A stretch of 64,000 nt of DNA from Glaucostegus cemiculus (lineage: Eukaryota), in assembly GCA_976551045.1 (NCBI GenBank), contig CDPCPM010000125.1:186001-250000 (forward strand). Direction: 5' to 3'. Under the pieces are notes generated by a model, which searched no databases, was not told the origin of the DNA, and was given only the letters and a program-made list of their open reading frames with translations. Both the position numbers and the translations under genes were made by a program. Positions 12,789 to 25,639 of this stretch are shown here, one piece after another. Position 1 is the stretch's first letter, and each line of letters starts with the position of its first letter.

Positions 12789-13825
12789 GTGTGCTTTGAC
12801 AACTGGTACCAGTCAGAATCTAACTACCAGCAGCCACTGGTCCACCGTCAGATTTGATGACACAGGGCTTCTGTCGGCAGAATGATCAAGGTATCTTGCT
12901 CTTCGTTGCGAAGCGCCCGGACGTGCAAGCAAATATTAGAAGTTAATATATCCAGTTCATTTCATGCACGTTGACAAATAAAAACAGGCAACGATTGCAA
13001 CTATGAATTAATGAAGCCGATACCTTGTAAGAGAAAGCCTTTTCACTGTAAATGACGCGGTCGCCTTAGAATTCCTTCCGAATCCATCGGAGAAAACCAC
13101 GGAGTCCTAAGAGACCACAGGGCAATATTGCACACAGCGCCCATTAGCGGCAAATGACACCCCTACTCATCGATGTGGCCCTGTTTTGTTTAGGCCACTT
13201 CAGTTCGGGGCAATTGGAGAATGTCTGACGATGGCGTACATCATGTGCATGTTCATTGAATAAACATGGCCTGTGCCCATCAGTTCAAGATAACAAGCAA
13301 AGTTCATAAATTGAATTGTAGGATATCTGGGGGAGAAGAGAGAAAATATAGCGGAAGGAAGATATTTGATTGTCGAAAGGTATCATAATGGGAACAGCTA
13401 TTTGAAGTAGAACAGGAGAACGTGCCTAACATTTAGATGAATGGAATGCATGGCGTTGTTTCAAGTTCGCATGTACAGAAATGATCACAGCAATGAAGAA
13501 GGCAAAGTAAGCGTGGTGATGAACTTGACGTGAAGATGGGGAAAAGGACCATTGCCTCAGTTGGTTGTCAATAGTAGTTGTTTTAGATGATATTGGCGAC
13601 TGAGGATTCCAGCAAAGCAGCTTTGACCCTTGTTTATGTTCAGAATGGAGGTATCTTCGCTTGCAGCTGGAGTGAAAAGATGAGATCAGTGTCCATTCGT
13701 ATATAGTGAATTCCGCTGCCTGTCCGTCTGCTGGGACGTGAAGAGAAATCGAGTTTGAATACTTGGTTTCTGATTTGTTTGCACGGCAAAGTAATCTCCG
13801 TGAGCTGTGGTGATTTCAGTCAGAA

Positions 13826-13897
13826 TCCCTGGTGGTCTAGTGGTTAGGATTCGGCGCTTTCACCGCTGCGGCCCGGGTTCGATTCCCGGTCAGGGAA
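13826..13897 (+). tRNA. tRNA-Glu(TTC), near-intact
   Basis: 1 difference (C>T giving a G-U pair); TTTT terminator. Confidence 0.88.
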
Positions 13898-14772
13898 GTA
13901 CGTTTTGGTATCTGTGATAAGTGATAACTTCCAGAGTGTTACCCTGCACCACAAACCAGCGAAATATCAATCAACCTCTCTTCTGGTTACAGTGAGCACG
14001 GTATCCCCCACAGAGTGAGTAGGCTACCTTGCAGGAATCGGGCTTCCCTGACAAGAAATCAGTGGTCATTTGATAGAATTTAACCCAAGATAAATAAGGT
14101 CCTCCGCAACTGGTATCCGACGCCCTCATCTCTCAATCAGTCATCTGCAGTCGCAACCATGTCAACAGTCGCAAATTAACAGAGTAGGGGGAGCGCGATT
14201 GCACCTTGGAAGGAAACTGGTGCACAGATTGAAAGAGCTGAGGGCTAAAAAATTCACGGTGAATATTGTCATTTGGCAGATAATATTTAACGGATAACTG
14301 GTGGCGTGGGATAAACAGCCACGGTGAACTCAAATCATCAAACATCAGACATCTCTACATGACGTGAAAGGAATGCCAGACGTTCTTTTCCTTTTTTGAA
14401 ACAAAGCGTGATGTGGGCGCATAAAAAATAATAAACAGTGAAATGTTCTCTCGTTAAGGAGGTTGCATTCAATTGGAGAGCAGGATAAATCACGGACTGG
14501 AATGTGAATCGAAGATGTTTGAAGCCAGCCAGTCACTGACGGGATGCAGATTTGAGAAAAGCATGTAATTTGTTTGTGTTTGCTTGAAATAGTGATCGAC
14601 AAACAACCTGAGACGGATTTTCACGGCAGGATGATTTGTACTTGGGCTGCTGTTGTCGCACGACCACTATTTTGCCAAGGAATTGCTGTAAGGTCGATTG
14701 AAAGCCTTTTCTATGGTTGGCTGGATAAAAATGAAAGCCATTCTTGGTCTAGTTGTGTAGTATATGTCAGGT

Positions 14773-14844
14773 TCCCTGGTGGTCTAGTTGTTAGGATTCG
14801 GCACTCTCACCGCCGTGGCCCGGGTTCGATTTCCGGCCAGGGAA
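14773..14844 (+). pseudogene. tRNA-Glu(CTC) decayed copy
   Basis: D-loop GG lost (TAGTTG); about 4 differences. Confidence 0.7.
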
Positions 14845-16035
14845 GTGTGTTTTGGCAACTGGAACCAGACAGAATCTAACTCCCAGGAGCCACTGGTCCA
14901 CCGTCAGTTTTGATGACACAGGGATTCTGGCAGCAGAATGATCAAGGTATCTTCCTCTTCGTTGTGAAGTGCTCGGATGCGCTAGCAAGTAATAGAAGGC
15001 GCAAGTCCAGTTGATTTGTATCCACTTTGACAAAGAAAAACAGGCAGTGATTGCAACTATGAATGAGGTATGATGCCAATGAGTCGTCGCCAGCGTAGAT
15101 TTTCCACGGGAAGTACGGCTGATCAGCTGGCACATTTTGCCTGGTTTGTTTTGTCGGGACACTCTGCAGGATGTTTCCGACTCCTGAGCCAATATCCTGT
15201 AAGACAGAGACCACAATTAACCTTTCACTGTAAATGACGCCGTCCCCTTAGAATTCCTTCCGTATCCATCTGAGGAAACCACGGAGTCCTGAGAGACCAC
15301 AGGGCAATTATGCGCACAGCAGCCATAAGCGGCAAACTTAAGACCAACTTGTCGATGTCCTCGAACGTTTCCGTGGCACTTTCTGAAGGCATGCCAATCT
15401 GGGTCATGCTTGATTTGGGCCACTTCAGTTCGGAGCTATTGGAAATTGTTAGATGATGGCGTATATCATGGAATAAACATCGTCTGTGCCCGTAAGTTTA
15501 AGACAACAAGCAGAATTCATAAATTGTTGGACATCGCGGGGAGAATATCGAAAGTAGAGCGGAAGAAGGATATTTGATTGCGGAAAGTTATCATAATGGG
15601 ATACGGCTATTTGAAATAGAAAAGGAAAATGTGCCAGACGTTTAGATGAAAGGAATGCACGGCGTTGTTTCAACTGCGCATGTACAGAAGTTATTACAGC
15701 AGTGAAGGAGGCAAAGTAAACGTGCTGATGATCTTGACGTCAAGATCTGGGAAAAGCACTATTGCCTCAGTTGTTTGTCAATAGTAGATGGTTGAGACGA
15801 TATTGGTGACTGAGGATTCCAGCGAAGCAGCTTTGGCCCCTGTGTATGTTGCGAATGGCGGTGTCTTCGCTTGCAGCTGGAGTGAAAAGAGAAGATCAGT
15901 GTCCATTTGTATAGAGTGAATGTATCTGCCTGTACGTCTGCTGGGACGTGAAGGGAAATCGAGTTTGCATACTAGATTTTTGATTTATTTGCACGGCAAA
16001 GCAATCTCCGTGAGCTGTGGTGATTTCAGTCAGAA

Positions 16036-16106
16036 TCCCGGGTGGTCTATTTGTTAGGATTCGGCGCTTGCACCGCTGTGGCCTGGGTTCGATTCCCGGT
16101 CAGAGA
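16036..16106 (+). pseudogene. tRNA-Glu(TTC)-derived decayed copy (anticodon position reads TGC)
   Basis: TTC-type flanks; many lesions. Confidence 0.8.
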
Positions 16107-16397
16107 GTACGTTTTGGAAGCTGTGACATGATAACTTTCTGAATCATCATCTGCACCACAAACCAGCGATATATCCATCAATGTCTCTTCTGGATACAGT
16201 GAGCACGGCACCTCCACCGAGTGAGCAGGCTACCTTGCAGGAATCAGACTTTCCTGACTGTAAATCAGTGGCTCGTTTGATGCGATTTACCCCAAGCTGA
16301 ATAAGGGTCTGTGCCAGTTGTCTCCGTCGCCCTCATCTTTAATCAGCTGCAGCTGCGACTGGTGAGACTGTCGCTAAGTAACAGAGTCAATCGAAGG

Positions 16398-18190
16398 AGA
16401 TCACAAGATCACAAGACAAGGGAGCAGAAGTAGGCCATTCAGCCCTTCGAGTCTGCTCCATGAGAAAAGAAAAGATAACATATCTATCCCCAACTTCCAG
16501 CTTTATCGCCATATCCCTTGATACCTTGATTAATTAGGTACCTATCGAACTCCCCTTTAAATGCCCCTACTGACTGAGCCTCTACAGCTGTATGTGGCAG
16601 AGAATTCCACAACTCCACCACCCTCTGACTAAAGTAATTTCTCCTCATCTCTGTTTTAAACTGGTTCCCTCTGATTCTAAGTCTGTGCCCTCTAGTCTTG
16701 GACTCACCCACCAAGGGAACCTGCCTTTCCACATCCACTCTATCCATTCCCTTCAACATTCTAAATACTTCTGTGAGGTCCCCCCTCATTCTTCTGTACT
16801 CCAACGAGTACAGTCCAAGAACCAATAAACGCTCATCATAGGTAAGCCCTTTCATACCAGGAATCATCCTTGTAAACCTCCTCCGGACCCTCTCCAACAT
16901 CAGCACATCCCTTCTAAGGTGTGGGGCCCAAAACTGCACACAGTATTCCAAATGAGGACGTACCAGTGCTCCATAGAGCCTCATCATCACTTCCCTACTT
17001 CTATACACTATACCTCGCGAAATGGACGCCAACATAGCATTCGCTTTCTTTATCACCGATCCGACCTGGTGGTTGACTTTTAGGGTGTCCTGCACGAGTA
17101 CCCCCAAGTCCCTTTGTACTTCCGTACTTCCAATTTTCTCCCCATCTAGATAATAATCTGCCCATTCATTTCTTTTGCCAAAGTGTACTACAGCACATTT
17201 GTCAACATTGAATTTCATCTGCCATTTCTTTGCCCATTCACTTAACCTATCCAAGTCTCTCTGCAGCCTTCCTGCCTCTTCTATACTCCCTGCTCCACCG
17301 CCAATCTTGGTGTCATCCGCAAACTTAGCTACAAAACCATTTACTCCATCATCCAAATCGTTAATATATAAAGTGAAAAGTAGAGGGCCCAACACCGACC
17401 CTTGCGGGACACCACTAGTAACTGGTCGCCATCCAGAACAGGATCCCTTTATTCCTACCCGTTGCTTTCTGCCTACCAGCCAATGTTCGACCCATTTTAA
17501 TATCTTTCCTGTAATTCCATGCGTACTCATCTTATTAATCAACCTCTGATGCGGCACCTTGTCGAAGGCCTTTTGAAAGTCTAAATACACAACGTCCACT
17601 GCCTCTCCCTTATCCACCCTACCTGTGATTTCCTCAAAAAACTCCGATAGGTTGGTCAGGCAAGATCTTCCCTTTATGAAACCATGCTGGTTTGGACCTA
17701 TCCTGTCTTGAAACACCAGGTATTCCGTAACCTCATCCTTGAGGATCGATTCCAGTATCTTTTCCACTACTGACGTCAAACTAATTGGTCTGTGATTACC
17801 TTTATGCTGCCTCCCACCTTTCTTATACAGTGGAACTATGTTCGCTACTCTCCAGTACTCCGGAACCATGCCGGAGTCCATTGACTCCTGGAAAATAATC
17901 ACTAATGCCTCTACAATCTCTAAAGCCACCTCCTTCAGAAAACGAGGGTGCACCTCATCCGGTCCGGGTGACTTATCTGTCTTTAATCCACTTAGCTTCC
18001 TTAGCACCTTCTCCCGAGTAATCTCAATTGTACTCAGTTCAATCCCCCGGAACCCCTGTCTATCTGGTATATTGCTGGTATCTTCCACAGTGAAGACCGA
18101 TGCAAAATACTAATTTAGTTCCTCTGCCATCTCTGTATATTCTATTATAATATCTCCCTCACCATTTTCAATTGGTCCTATATCAACCCT
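16398..18190 (-). mobile_element. 5'-truncated CR1-clade LINE inserted in array spacer D2
   Basis: (TCACAAGA)n tail at left; spacer interrupted between ...TCGAAGGAGA and GAAGGAAACAGGTGCAC; RT ORF inside. Confidence 0.93.
16484..18088 (-). CDS. CR1 ORF2 C-terminal fragment: reverse transcriptase domain (not a complete gene)
   Basis: Motifs KSPGPD, QHGFIKGRSCLTNL, YLDFQKAFDKVPH, GVPQGSVLGP, FADD, RPHLEYCVQFW; reading continues upstream past one stop at 18110-18112 (ELN*YFASVFT). Confidence 0.9.
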   Translation of the reverse strand: MEDTSNIPDRQGFRGIELSTIEITREKVLRKLSGLKTDKSPGPDEVHPRFLKEVALEIVEALVIIFQESMDSGMVPEYWRVANIVPLYKKGGRQHKGNHRPISLTSVVEKILESILKDEVTEYLVFQDRIGPNQHGFIKGRSCLTNLSEFFEEITGRVDKGEAVDVVYLDFQKAFDKVPHQRLINKMSTHGITGKILKWVEHWLVGRKQRVGIKGSCSGWRPVTSGVPQGSVLGPLLFTLYINDLDDGVNGFVAKFADDTKIGGGAGSIEEAGRLQRDLDRLSEWAKKWQMKFNVDKCAVVHFGKRNEWADYYLDGEKIGSTEVQRDLGVLVQDTLKVNHQVGSVIKKANAMLASISRGIVYRSREVMMRLYGALVRPHLEYCVQFWAPHLRRDVLMLERVRRRFTRMIPGMKGLTYDERLLVLGLYSLEYRRMRGDLTEVFRMLKGMDRVDVERQVPLVGESKTRGHRLRIRGNQFKTEMRRNYFSQRVVELWNSLPHTAVEAQSVGAFKGEFDRYLINQGIKGYGDKAGSWG

Positions 18191-18773
18191 TAGAAGGAAA
18201 CAGGTGCACAGATTGAAAGAAAGGACGGTTAAGAATTTTTGAAGATGAAAATTGTAAGAAGGCAGAGAAGATATCACAATTATGATGAATTGGATGCTTG
18301 GGGGCGTGGGATAAACAGCAGCGCTGAACACAAATCATCAACCATGAGATATGTGTATGTGGCGTGAAAGGAATGACTGTCCTTCTTTCATTTTCTTCAA
18401 TAAAAACTGATGCGGCCGCAATGAAAAAAGGAAGAGTGAACTGTTCTCTAGCTACGGAGGTTGCAATCGACTGGAGAAAAGGAGAAATCCATGACTGGAG
18501 TGTGAATCGATGATTTTTGAGAACTGCCAGTCAGTGTCGAGATGAGGATGTGACTAGAGAGTGTTCTTTGACTGTGTTGATGAAAGCTATAGTGATTGAG
18601 AAACAGCCTGTGTCAGATTTTCATGGTAGGACGCTTTGCACTCGGGCTGCTGTTCTCGCATGACCACTATTTTGTCCGAGGAACAGCAGGGAGGTGGAGA
18701 CAAATACTTTTCCATAGTTGGCTGGAAATAAAGGAAAGACATACTTGGTCATCGTGCGTTGTATTTGTCAGGT

Positions 18774-18845
18774 TCCCTGGTGGTCCAGTGGTTAGGATTC
18801 GGCGCTCTCACCGTCGCGGCCCGGGTTCGATTCCCGGTCAGGGAA
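18774..18845 (+). tRNA. tRNA-Glu(CTC), near-intact
   Basis: 2 differences; boxes intact; TTTT terminator. Confidence 0.78.
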
Positions 18846-19702
18846 GTAAGTTTTGGAAGCTCCGACAAGTGATAACTTCCAGAGTCTTACTCTGCACCAC
18901 AAACCAGCGATATATCAATCAACCTCTCTTCTGTTTACAGTGAGCACGGCATCCTCCACAGAGTGAGCACGATACCTTTCAGGAATCGGGCTTCCCTGAC
19001 AGGAAATCAATGGTCATTTGATGGAATTTACCCCAAGATGAATAAGGTCCTACGCGACTCGTATCCGTCGTCCTCATCTTTCAATCAGTCAACTGCAGTC
19101 GCAACCCATTCGACAGTCGCTAAATAACAGAGTAAATGGAACGCCATTGCATCTTGGTAGGAAACAGGTGCACAGATTGAAAGAGCTGAGGGCTAAAAAT
19201 TTCACCGTGAATATTGTCATTTGGCAGATAATAATTAATGCATAACTGGTGGCGTTGGATAAACTGCCACGGTGAACTCAAATCATCAAACATCAGACGT
19301 TCTACATGAAGTGAAAGGAATGCCAGACTTTTTTTTTCCTTTTTGGAAACAAAGCGTGATGTGGCCGCATAGAAAATAAGAAAGAGTGAAATGTTCCCTA
19401 GTTAAGGAGGTTGCATTCAATTGGAGAGCAGGATAAATCACGGACTGGAATGTGAATCGAAGATGTTTGACGCCAGCCATTCAGTGTCGGGATGCAGATT
19501 TGAGAAAAGCATATAATTTGATTGTGTTTGTTTGAAATAGTGATTGACAAACAGCCTGAGACGGATTTTCACGGCAGGATGATTTGTACTCGGGCTGCTG
19601 TTGTCGCACTACCACTACGTTGCTGGGAGGTTGACTGGAAGGTTGGTTGGTTGGATGTTAATGAACACCATTCTTGGTCTGCTTGCGCTGCCTCTGTCAG
19701 GT

Positions 19703-19772
19703 TCCCTGGCTGTCTACTGGTTAGGATTCGGCGCTCTCAACGCTGCGGCCCAGTTTCTATTCCCGGCCAGGA
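19703..19772 (+). pseudogene. tRNA-Glu(CTC) decayed copy, terminator deleted
   Basis: A and B boxes broken; 3' end fused directly to TGGAACCCGTCAG. Confidence 0.85.
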
Positions 19773-20936
19773 TGGAACCCGTCAGAATGTAACTACCAGG
19801 AGCCACTGGTCCACCGTCAGATTTGATGCCGCAGCGATTCTGGCAGCAGAATGATCATGCTATTTTAATCTTCGTTGTTAAACGCCCGGACGCGCTAGCA
19901 AATAATAGAAGGGGCGTCCTGTTGTTTTTCATCCACTTTGACAAATAAGAACATGCAAAGATTGCAGCTTTGAATGAGGCGTGATGCCAACGAGACGTCG
20001 CCATCGTAGAGATTCCATGGGAAGTAAGGCTTATCAGCTGGCACATTCTGCCTGGATCGTTTTGTCGGGCTCCTCTGCAGGCTGTTTCCGACTCCTGAGC
20101 CGATATCTTGTAGGATAGAGCCTTTTCACTGTAAATGACACTGTCCCCTTAGAATTCCTTCCGAATCCAGCGATGGAAACCACGGAGTCAAAGGGACCTC
20201 AGGGCAATAATTCAGATAGCACACATAAGCGTCAAAGTAACACCAATTAGGCGATGTTCTAGAACGGCTCGTCGGCACTTCCTGTAGGCAAGCCGGCCTG
20301 GGGTCTGCTTGATTTGGGCCACTTCATATCGGGGTAATTAGAGGTTGTCAGATTATGGCGTACATCATTGAATAAACATCGTCTGTGCCCGTCAGTTTAA
20401 GACAACAATCAATATTCATAAATTGATTTGTAGGACATCTCTGGGAGAAGATAGTATTGAGGAAGAAAGCCTTTTGATTGTAGAAAAGTATCATATTGGG
20501 ATACGGATATTTCAAATTGAACAGGAGAAGGTGCCTGTCGGTAAGTTCAAAGGAATGTATAGCGTTGTTTCAAGTGCGCATGTACAGAAAATATCGCAGC
20601 AGTGATGAAGGCAGGGCAAACATGCTGGTGTTCTTGACGTGGAGATATGGGTCGAGGACTATTTTCACAGTTGATTGTCAATAGCAGTTGTTTGAGACGA
20701 TATTGGAGACTGAGGATTCCAGCGAAGCAGCTTTGAGCCCTGTATATGTTGAGAATGGAGGTGTCTTCGCTTGCAGCTGGGGTGAAAACATGAGATCTGT
20801 GTCCAGTTGCAGAGATTGGATTTAGCTGCCTGTACGTCTACTGGGACGTGAAGAGGAAATGATTTTGAATACTTATTTTCTGATTTGTGAGCTAGTCAAA
20901 GAGAATGTTGGTGAGCTCTGGTGATTTCAGTCAGAA

Positions 20937-21008
20937 TCCCTGGTGGTCTAGTGGTTAGGATTCGGCGCTTTCACCGCCGCGGCCCGGGTTCGATTCCTGG
21001 TCAGGGAA
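20937..21008 (+). tRNA. tRNA-Glu(TTC), near-intact
   Basis: 1 difference (T stem C>T, G-U pair). Confidence 0.87.
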
Positions 21009-21603
21009 GTATGTTTTGGAAGCTGTGACGTGATAAGTTTCGGAATCTTCGTCTGCACCACAATCCAGCGACATATCAGTCAAACTCTCTTCTAGATACA
21101 GTGAGCACGGCACCCTCACCGAGTGAGCAGTTTCCTTTGCAGGAATCTGGCATCTCTGACAGGTCATCAGTGGCTCAGTTGACAGAATTTTCCTCAAGAT
21201 CAATAAGCACCTCAGGCAGTGGTATCTGTCGCCCTCATCTTTAAATCAGTCAGCTACAGTCGCGACGCATGAGACTGTCGCTAAATAACAGAGTCGATCG
21301 AAGGAGATTGCATCTTGGAAGGAAACCGGTGCACAGATTGAAAGACTTGAGGGTAAACGATTTGAAGATGAAGATTTGAAGAAGGCAGAGAAGATATCAC
21401 AATTATCACAAGGAAAGATATAGTGATTGAGACACAGCCTGGGCCAGATTATCGCGTCAGATGCTTTGCACTCGGGCTGCTGTTCTCGCACGATCACTAT
21501 GTTGCCCGAGGAACTGCTGGGAGGTGGAGACAAAGCCTTTTCTATGGTTGGCTGTATATAAATGAAAGCCATTCTTGGTCTGCGTGTGTTGTATTTGTCA
21601 GGT

Positions 21604-21675
21604 TCCCTGGTGGTCTAAAAGTTATGATTCGGCGCTCTTATCGCTGCCGTCCGGGTTTGATTGCCGGCCAGAGAA
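21604..21675 (+). pseudogene. tRNA-Glu(CTC)-derived decayed copy
   Basis: D loop CTAAAAG, B box GGTTTGATTG. Confidence 0.85.
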
Positions 21676-22864
21676 GTGTGTTTTGGCAACTGGAACCACT
21701 TAGAATCTAGGGAGCAAGCAGCCAGTGGTCCAACATCAGATTTGCTGACATATGGCTACTGCCGGCAGAATGATCCAGATATGTTCCACTTGGCTGTGAT
21801 GCTCCGGGACAGGCTAGCGAATATTAGAAGGTATAAGTCGAGTTGACATTTATCAATTTGACCAAATAAAAACTCGGACAGATCTCAGCTGTGAATGACA
21901 TATGATGCCAAATAGTGGTCGCAAGCGTAGATGTGGCACGGAAAGTTTGGCTGTCCCACCGGCACAATTTGACTTCCTTGCTTTGTCTGCGAAAGTGCTT
22001 GCTGTTTTCGACTCCTGAGCCGAGATCTTGTAACAGGGAGCCTTTCACGGTAAATCAGGCTGTGCCCTGAGAATTCCATAAGAAGCCATTGGACTAAACC
22101 ACGCAATGCTAAGCGACGAAAGGGTAATGGTGTGTAATGGACGCAATAGCGGGAAATGTAACGCCTGCACATGCTATATCTAACGGCATGGCGGCAGTTC
22201 TTGCAGGCTTGCCGGTCTGCGACCCTGCTTGTTTTTTGCCACTACGGCTCGCGCAATTGTAGACTGACAGGTGATGGCGTCGACATCTGGTGAATGCTCA
22301 TTGAAGAAACCTTTTCAGTTTAAAACAAGCAAAATTCGGAAATTGAACTGGAAGAAATCTCGGGTAGAAGATAGAAAGTACAGCAGAAGAAAGATTTTAG
22401 ATTGTGGAAAGGTGACATAATCGGATACGGCAGTTTGAAATGAAATCGCGGAAAGGGCCAGTCCATAACATGAATGAAATGCATGGCGTTGTTTAAAATG
22501 CGCATGGTACAGTATGTATGGCAGCAATGAAGAAGGCAGGAGAAACGTGCTGAGGATCTTGACCTGAAGGTGTCTGAAATGGAAGTTTGTCTCAGTTGAT
22601 TGTCAATGATAGTTTTTTTTTGAGACGATATTGGCGACTAAGGATTCCAGCGAAGCATCTTTAACCCTTGTGTATGTTAAGAATTGAGGTTGCTTCGCCT
22701 GCAGCTTGAGTGAAAAGATGAGAACAGTGTCCATTTGCCCGGGTTGAATTTAACTGCCTGTACTTCTGCTGCGACATGACGAGATAATAATTTTGAATAC
22801 TCGTTTTCTGATTTGTGAGCTAGGTAAATAGAATGTTGGTGAGCTGTTGTGATTTCAGTCTGAT

Positions 22865-22935
22865 TCCCTGGTGGTCTCGTGGTCAGGATTTGGCACTTTC
22901 ACCGCCGCGGCCGGGTTCGATTCCCGCTCAGGACA
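22865..22935 (+). pseudogene. tRNA-Glu(TTC) decayed copy
   Basis: 1-nt deletion plus stem mismatches. Confidence 0.8.
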
Positions 22936-23804
22936 GTATGTATTGGAAGCTGCGACGTTATAATTTCGAGAGTCTTCATCTGCACCTCACACCAGCGATA
23001 TATCAATCAACCTCTCCTGGATACAGTGAGCACGGCACCGTCCATCGAGTGAGCAGGCTACCTTGCAGCAATCGGGCTTCCCTGACAGGAAATCAATGGT
23101 AAGTTGATAGAATTTACCCCAAGATGAATAAGGTCCTATGCCACTCGTATCCGTCGCCCTCATCTTTCAATCAGTCATCTGCAGTCGCGACCCTTTCGAC
23201 AGTCGCTAAGTAATAGAGTAAAGGGAACGCGATTGCAACTTGTTTGAACCAGGTGCACAGATTGAAAGAGCTGAGGGCTAAATATTTCACGGTGAATATT
23301 GTCAGTTGGCAGATCATAATTAATGGATAACTGGTGGCGTGGATGAACAACCACGGTGAACTCAAATGATCAAATGTCAGACATCTCTAAATGACGTGAA
23401 AGGAATGCCTGTCCTTTTTTCGATTTTGGAAACAAAGCGTGATGCAGCCGCAAAGAAAATAAGAAAGGGTGAAATGTTCTCTAGTTAAGGAGGTTGCATT
23501 CAATTGGAGAGCAGGATATATCACAGACTGGAATGTGAATCGAAGATGTTTGATGCCAGCCAGTCAGTGTCGGGATGTAGATTTGAGAAAAGCATGTAAT
23601 TTGATTGTGTTTGCTTGAAATAGAGATTGAGAAACCCCCTGAGACGGATTTTCACGGCAGAATGCTTTGCACTCGGGCTGCTGTTGTCGCACGGCCACTA
23701 CTTTGCCGGAGGAACTGCTGGCCGGTGGATTGAAAACCTATTCTATGTTTGGCTGGATAGAAATGAACGCCTTCTTGGTCTGCTTGCGTTGTATTTTGTC
23801 GGGA

Positions 23805-23876
23805 TCCCTGATAGTCTAGTGGTTAGGATTTGGCGCTCTCACCGCGGCGTACCCGGTTCGATTCCCGGCCAGTGAA
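23805..23876 (+). pseudogene. tRNA-Glu(CTC) decayed copy
   Basis: Multiple stem lesions. Confidence 0.8.
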
Positions 23877-24595
23877 GTGTGTTGTGGCAACTGGAAGCAG
23901 TTAGAAACTACGGAGCAATGAGCCACTGGACTAGCATCTGCTTTGCTGACACACAGGGCTTTTGCCGGCAGAATGATCAAAGTATCTTCCACTTGGTTGT
24001 GAAGCTCCGGGACAGCCTAGTGAATATTGAAAAGCATAAGTCGAGGTGATATTGAGTTCTACACATGCAAAATTCATAAATTGAACTGTAGGAAATGTAG
24101 GCCAGAAGATAGAAAGTATAGCAAAAGAAAAATTTTTGATCGTCGAAAGGTGACATAATCGGATACGGCCGTTGAAATAAAACAGCGGAAAGGGCCTGTC
24201 CGTAACATAAAAGAAATGCATGGCGTTGTTTCAACTGCACATGTACAGAATTTGTCGCAGCAATGAAGAAGGCAGGGCAAACCTGCTGATGATCTTTGCA
24301 TGAAGATGTCTGAAAAGGAAGATTGTCTCTGTTGATTGTCAGTGGTAGTTGTTTGAGACGATATTGGCACTGAGGGTTCCATAGAAGCATCTTTGATCAC
24401 TGCGTATGTTGAGAATGGAGGTGGTGGCGCTTTCAGCTTGAGTGAAAAGATAAGGTCAGTGTAGTTCTGGCTGGGTGAATTTAGCTGCTTGTACGTCTGC
24501 TGCGAGGTGAGGAGAAAGTCATTTTAAATGGTTGTTTTCTGATTTGTGAGGTATGCAAAGAGAATATTGTTGAGCTGTTGTGATTTCAGTACGAA

Positions 24596-24667
24596 TCCCT
24601 GGTGGTCAAGTGGTCAGGATTGGGCGCTTTCAGCGCCGTGGTCCGGGTTCGATTCCCGGTCTGGGCA
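24596..24667 (+). pseudogene. tRNA-Glu(TTC) decayed copy
   Basis: About 8 differences; terminator reduced to TTT. Confidence 0.8.
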
Positions 24668-25567
24668 GTAAGGTTTGGAATCTGCGACAAGTAATAACTT
24701 CCAGAGTCTTCGTCAGCACAACAAACCAGCGATATATCAATCAACCTGGCTTCTGGATACAGTGAACACGGCATCCTCCACCTAGTTAGCAGGCGACCTT
24801 GCAGGAATCGGGCTTCCCTGACAGGAAATCAGTGGTCTGTTGATAGAATTACTCCAAGATTACTAACGAGCTATGCCACTCGTATCCGTCTCTCGAACGG
24901 CTCAGAGGCACTTCCAGCAGGCATGCCGGCCTGGGAGCTGCTTGATTTGGGCCACTTCAGCTCGGGGCAATTGGAGATTGTCAGATGATGGCGTACATCA
25001 TTAAATTAACATCGTCTGTGCCCTTAAGTTTAAGACAACAAGGAAAATCCATAAATTGTTGGACATCTCGGGGAGAAGATAGAAACTATGGCGGAAGGAA
25101 GATATTTGATTGTTTTAAAGGTATTATAATGGGATACGTTATTTGAAATGGAACAGGAGAACGTGCCTGACATTTCGATGAAAGGAATGCATGTAGTTGT
25201 TTTAAGTGCGCATGTGCAGAAGTTATTGCAGCAAGGAAGAAGGCAAAGTAAACGTGCTAATGATCTTGATGTGAAGATATGGGAAAAGGACTATTGCCTC
25301 AGTTGCTTGTCAACAGTTATTGGTTGAGACGATATTGGCGACTGAGGATTCCAACGAAGCAGCTTTGACCCTTGTATATGTTGAGAATCTGGGTGTCTTC
25401 GCTTGCAGCTGGAGTGAAAAGATGTGAACAGTGTCCATTTGTTTAGAGGGAATTCAGCTGCCTGTACGTCTGCTTGGACGTGAAGAGAAATCGAGTTTGA
25501 ATATTAGTCTTCCGATTTGTTTGCTCGGCAAAGCAATCTCCATGAGCTGTGATGATTTCAGTCAGAG

Positions 25568-25639
25568 TCCCTGGTGGTCTAGTGGTTAGGATTCGGCGCT
25601 TTCACCGCTGCGGCCCGGGTTCGATTCCCGGTCAGGGAA
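25568..25639 (+). tRNA. tRNA-Glu(TTC), near-intact
   Basis: 1 difference, the same variant as 13826; TTTT terminator. Confidence 0.88.

Noticed and set aside
16484-18088. RT beside a tRNA array as a retron/DGR-like or tRNA-amplifying system
   Set aside because: It is a standard 5'-truncated CR1 ORF2 that interrupts one spacer and is absent from the sister block. The tRNA copies carry genomic flanks and lack CCA, so they arose by DNA-level duplication.
16592-18113. Plus-strand ORFs overlapping the CR1 elements (also 60075-61679)
   Set aside because: Antisense shadows of the RT reading frame.
5498-21675. Anticodon-switched copies (GTC at 5498, TGC at 16036, CTT at 21604) as mistranslating tRNAs
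   Set aside because: Each is a single copy with several other damaging lesions, consistent with neutral decay.
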